Source: a virus (Duplodnaviria; Caudoviricetes). From it: a stretch of DNA of 57,901 bases. Each line of letters begins with the position of its first letter. Within the stretch, counting starts at the first letter, position 1. The notes under the pieces are model-generated. The model searched no databases. It saw only the letters and a list, made by a program, of their open reading frames with translations, and was not told where the DNA came from. A program made the position numbers and the translations under genes. The stretch covers positions 1-57,901 of the IMG/VR virus record IMGVR_UViG_3300010042_000197; one strand, written 5' to 3'. Shown piece after piece: positions 55,350-57,901 of the stretch.

Positions 55350-56029
55350 CGGGGCACCTCGCGGAGTTGCGCCACACCGGCGCGCACCTGGTCGAGCACG
55401 CCGGCGGGGAGCTGCCAGAGCCCCTGCGCGCCCTTGCACGGCACCGGGCTGGGCAGCCGCACGACGTTGTCGAGGCGCCAGCCGAAGGGGCCGACAAACC
55501 AGGGCGAGTCGGACGACGTGATGACGGCGCCGAGCTGCGCGACGGCGACGATGACGCCGCTGCGATCCTCGTCCTTCGCGGGCACTCCGACGTGCCGGGA
55601 GTCCACCCGTCCGCGAATCCAGGGCACGGCGGAGGCGTCCCACTTCTGGCCCGCGTGAATGGCCAGCCAGCCACCAACGGCCGCGCGCGGCGCCTCCCAG
55701 GTGCGGTTCTCCACGTTCTTGCCGGCGCAGGCCACAGCCCACGCCCACGGGCGGATGAGCGTCACGCCGCGAGGGACGACGTCGACGGGGACAGCGGCGA
55801 GGCGCGCCTCGTAGCCCACGCTCCCGCGAGGCGGCGGCATCCCGTGTTCGGGCGACTTCCTGCCGCTCGCCTTGAACTCGCACGCGTCACAACGGCTGGT
55901 GTCCCCGTCCATGGCGAACCAGCCCTCGCAGTGAGCATCCACCCAGCGAAGGCAGGCCGAGCACCGGAAGAGGTCCGCATCGGGCAGGCCCACCGGATGG
56001 TTCAGGCTCTCGCAGCGGTGATCACTCAT
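55346..56029 (-). CDS. ASCH-domain protein with N-terminal Cys-rich segment
   Basis: TLIRPWAWAV..GKNVENRTW..LAIHAG..PWFVGPFGWRL..PCKGAQGLW. Confidence 0.85.
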   Translation of the reverse strand: MSDHRCESLNHPVGLPDADLFRCSACLRWVDAHCEGWFAMDGDTSRCDACEFKASGRKSPEHGMPPPRGSVGYEARLAAVPVDVVPRGVTLIRPWAWAVACAGKNVENRTWEAPRAAVGGWLAIHAGQKWDASAVPWIRGRVDSRHVGVPAKDEDRSGVIVAVAQLGAVITSSDSPWFVGPFGWRLDNVVRLPSPVPCKGAQGLWQLPAGVLDQVRAGVAQLREVPR

Positions 56030-57029
56030 GGGGCAACTCCCGGACGTGCAAGTCCTCGGGCCACTCGGCCATGTCCCCGCCCTTCTTGTCGTTGAGGCGC
56101 TGCGACACCATCTCGACGGCGTCCGCATTGACCTGGAGGAGCGCGCCCGCGAGGCCGTTCACTTCGTCGATGGCACGCGCGCCGAGCTGCTTCACGAAGC
56201 ACGGCACAGCGGCGGCGCGGCACTGTTGAACGACGTCCCGCACCCACTCGACCCGGCATGGCCGCGCCTTGCTCTGCGATTCGCCTCCGACGATGACCCA
56301 GTCGATGATGTTCTTGAGCGGTCGGTGCCACCGGAGCATCCGCTCGCTCTTGCGGTTCTGCTGAAGCCCCATGTCCACCGGGCTGACAAGCGGCTCCAGG
56401 GAGACGAAGAGCCGCCGGAATCCCTCTGCCTCGGCGAGCTTGTCCACGCCGTCTTCCCACGTGGCCTGGTCGCTCGCGGACGTGCCGAGCCACACCAGCG
56501 GGCGCACGTCCTCGGGCACCAAGGCCCAGTTCTCGGGGCGCTTCGTGAGGAGCAGCCAGTCGAGGCCGGGATAGTTCGTCCAGTGCGGCATCCCGAGGCT
56601 GGTTCCCCCCTCGACCACCGCCGTCTCGCGGATGACATCCCAGAGCCGCGAACGTGCGGCGTCGAGCGCCTTCCGTACCGCCCACACCTTGTCGCGCGCC
56701 AGAGACCGCCGTGACTCCGTCCACCCGGACGGCCAGGACGACGGCTCGCCGGGCACTTCCAGCACGTCCGCCAACGAGGCGCAGAACACGCGACGGCGCT
56801 CGCCAGCCTTCGCCGCGGCGCGTGCCCAGGTGCGCGGGTGCTGCCACGCGCTCTCGGCCGCGACGACGCGCTGGCCGCCCTGCCACACCTCGCCCCAGCG
56901 GATGCCGTGCATCGCCACGCCGACGTTGCGCTCGGCGTAGCAGTGCGTGCAGCCCACGTGTACCTTCGCGCACCCTCTCCAGGGGTTGAGCGTGTGGTGG
57001 CACCACTCGATAGAAGTCGCCTCACCCAT
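56022..57029 (-). CDS. DUF5131 (phage Gp37/Gp68) family protein
   Basis: TSIEWCHHTLNPWRGC..GCTHCYAE..RVFCASLAD..WLLLTKRPEN..FVSLEPL..DWVIVGGES..FVKQLG. Confidence 0.9.
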   Translation of the reverse strand: MGEATSIEWCHHTLNPWRGCAKVHVGCTHCYAERNVGVAMHGIRWGEVWQGGQRVVAAESAWQHPRTWARAAAKAGERRRVFCASLADVLEVPGEPSSWPSGWTESRRSLARDKVWAVRKALDAARSRLWDVIRETAVVEGGTSLGMPHWTNYPGLDWLLLTKRPENWALVPEDVRPLVWLGTSASDQATWEDGVDKLAEAEGFRRLFVSLEPLVSPVDMGLQQNRKSERMLRWHRPLKNIIDWVIVGGESQSKARPCRVEWVRDVVQQCRAAAVPCFVKQLGARAIDEVNGLAGALLQVNADAVEMVSQRLNDKKGGDMAEWPEDLHVRELPHE

Positions 57030-57384
57030 TCACGCCCCCGCCCCGCGCAGGGAACATCTGCCGCGCCACCGCCTCCAGGCGAGACACCTCGGAGGCGGAG
57101 AGCTCGCGGTACTCGATGAAGGAGCGCAGCCCGGCGCTCACGTCCTCCCGCGGATGCTCACCGACGGGCGTCAGAAGGGTCGCCACAGTCACCCCCAGCG
57201 CTTCCGACAGGGACAACAGCGTCTGGAGATGAGGCGCGCGCTCGCCACGCTCAATCATCGACAGGAAAGAGACGCTGATGTCGGCGCGCTCGGCCAGCGC
57301 CTCCTGCGTCAGCTTCCGCTCGGTGCGCTGCTGCTGGATGTACTTGCCCACCTGCTTGACCAACGACTTCGTGTTCACGTTCAC
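57022..57384 (-). CDS. XRE-family HTH transcriptional regulator
   Basis: RTERKLTQEALAERADISVSFLSMIERGERAPHLQTL. Confidence 0.88.
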   Translation of the reverse strand: MNVNTKSLVKQVGKYIQQQRTERKLTQEALAERADISVSFLSMIERGERAPHLQTLLSLSEALGVTVATLLTPVGEHPREDVSAGLRSFIEYRELSASEVSRLEAVARQMFPARGGGVNG

Positions 57385-57638
57385 GGCGACCTCGAGTTGT
57401 TGTTGGGGCGCGCATGCCCGCTGGGGCGACGCACCGGAGGGAGAGACAGCTCTTCGACGGGAGACGTGCTCAGCCAGCCGACGGCGGCGAGCACCAGCAG
57501 TCCGGCGGAGGCCAGCAACCAGCAGGCCGACGCATGGCCCGGGTGGTACGCGCGCAGGTCGGCGCCGAGCCACACGAGCGCGGCGGACGACACGAGCAAC
57601 CACGCGCACACGACGGGGAGGAGGAAGGGCCGCGTCAC
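57381..57638 (-). CDS. Small membrane protein
   Basis: Two TM segments; GTGA coupling. Confidence 0.55.
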   Translation of the reverse strand: MTRPFLLPVVCAWLLVSSAALVWLGADLRAYHPGHASACWLLASAGLLVLAAVGWLSTSPVEELSLPPVRRPSGHARPNNNSRSP

Positions 57639-57901
57639 GCGTCGTCCCTCGACTTCCGGGGCGGCATCAGCTCGAAGAGGGTGACCTGATTCTCCCTGTA
57701 CTCGCCCTTCTGCCGGATGACGGTGGCGAGCTTCCGGGCCTCGGTGGACAGGTCCCGCTTCCGGTCCGCGAAGTCCTTCGCCGCGGCCTTCCTCTGTTCC
57801 TCCAGTTCGTCGAGCTGCGTGAGGGCGGCGGCCAGCTCCGCGCCCTTCCGCTCCAGCTCGTGCTCGGTGAGGGGGACGAACTCCTGACTCAATTCGCTCA
57901 C
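57635..57901 (-). CDS. Small coiled-coil phage protein
   Basis: LTEHEL..LDELEEQRKAAAKDF..IRQKGEYRE; GTG start lies at the window edge. Confidence 0.6.
   Translation of the reverse strand: MSELSQEFVPLTEHELERKGAELAAALTQLDELEEQRKAAAKDFADRKRDLSTEARKLATVIRQKGEYRENQVTLFELMPPRKSRDDA

Larger units (their letters stand above)
2640..57901 (-). mobile_element. Prophage, siphovirus-type with lambda-like tail tip; extends beyond right edge
   Basis: Continuous replication, packaging, head, tail and lysis gene order on the minus strand. Left boundary is approximate, placed where GC visibly drops after 2622; att sites not identified. Confidence 0.9.

Overview
High-GC DNA, most likely from a myxobacterium (inferred from Cys-rich CxPxCxGxxCGxDGCGG lipoprotein repeats, an AHH/Imm11 pair and a myxobacterial kinase C-terminal remnant). 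About 2.6 kb of host-like genes is followed by a large prophage encoded mostly on the minus strand; it runs off the right edge and no integrase or att site is visible. Right to left it carries: early/replication genes (XRE regulator, DUF5131, ASCH, C5 DNA methyltransferase, initiator with internal iterons, DnaC-like ATPase, RusA-like protein, sigma-like regulator); terminases, portal, MuF/gp7, scaffold, capsid, neck, tail tube, chaperones with a -1 frameshift and tape measure; a lambda-like M-L-K-I-J tail tip and a fibre; and lysis genes. Many cargo genes are interspersed. The most unusual signals are (1) related C-terminal Hint (intein-like) domains on two different tail-tip proteins, the gpI-like protein and the fibre, and (2) a stand-alone JAB/MPN isopeptidase plus an N-terminal-Thr proteasome-beta/HslV-like protease, translationally coupled between terL and portal. 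Together these suggest a phage-encoded protein cleavage/ligation/deconjugation system. Other cargo includes an orphan AHH nuclease/Imm11 pair and a SLATT-like 2TM/Zn-finger two-gene cassette. All family calls come from motif recognition by eye; no database searches were run.
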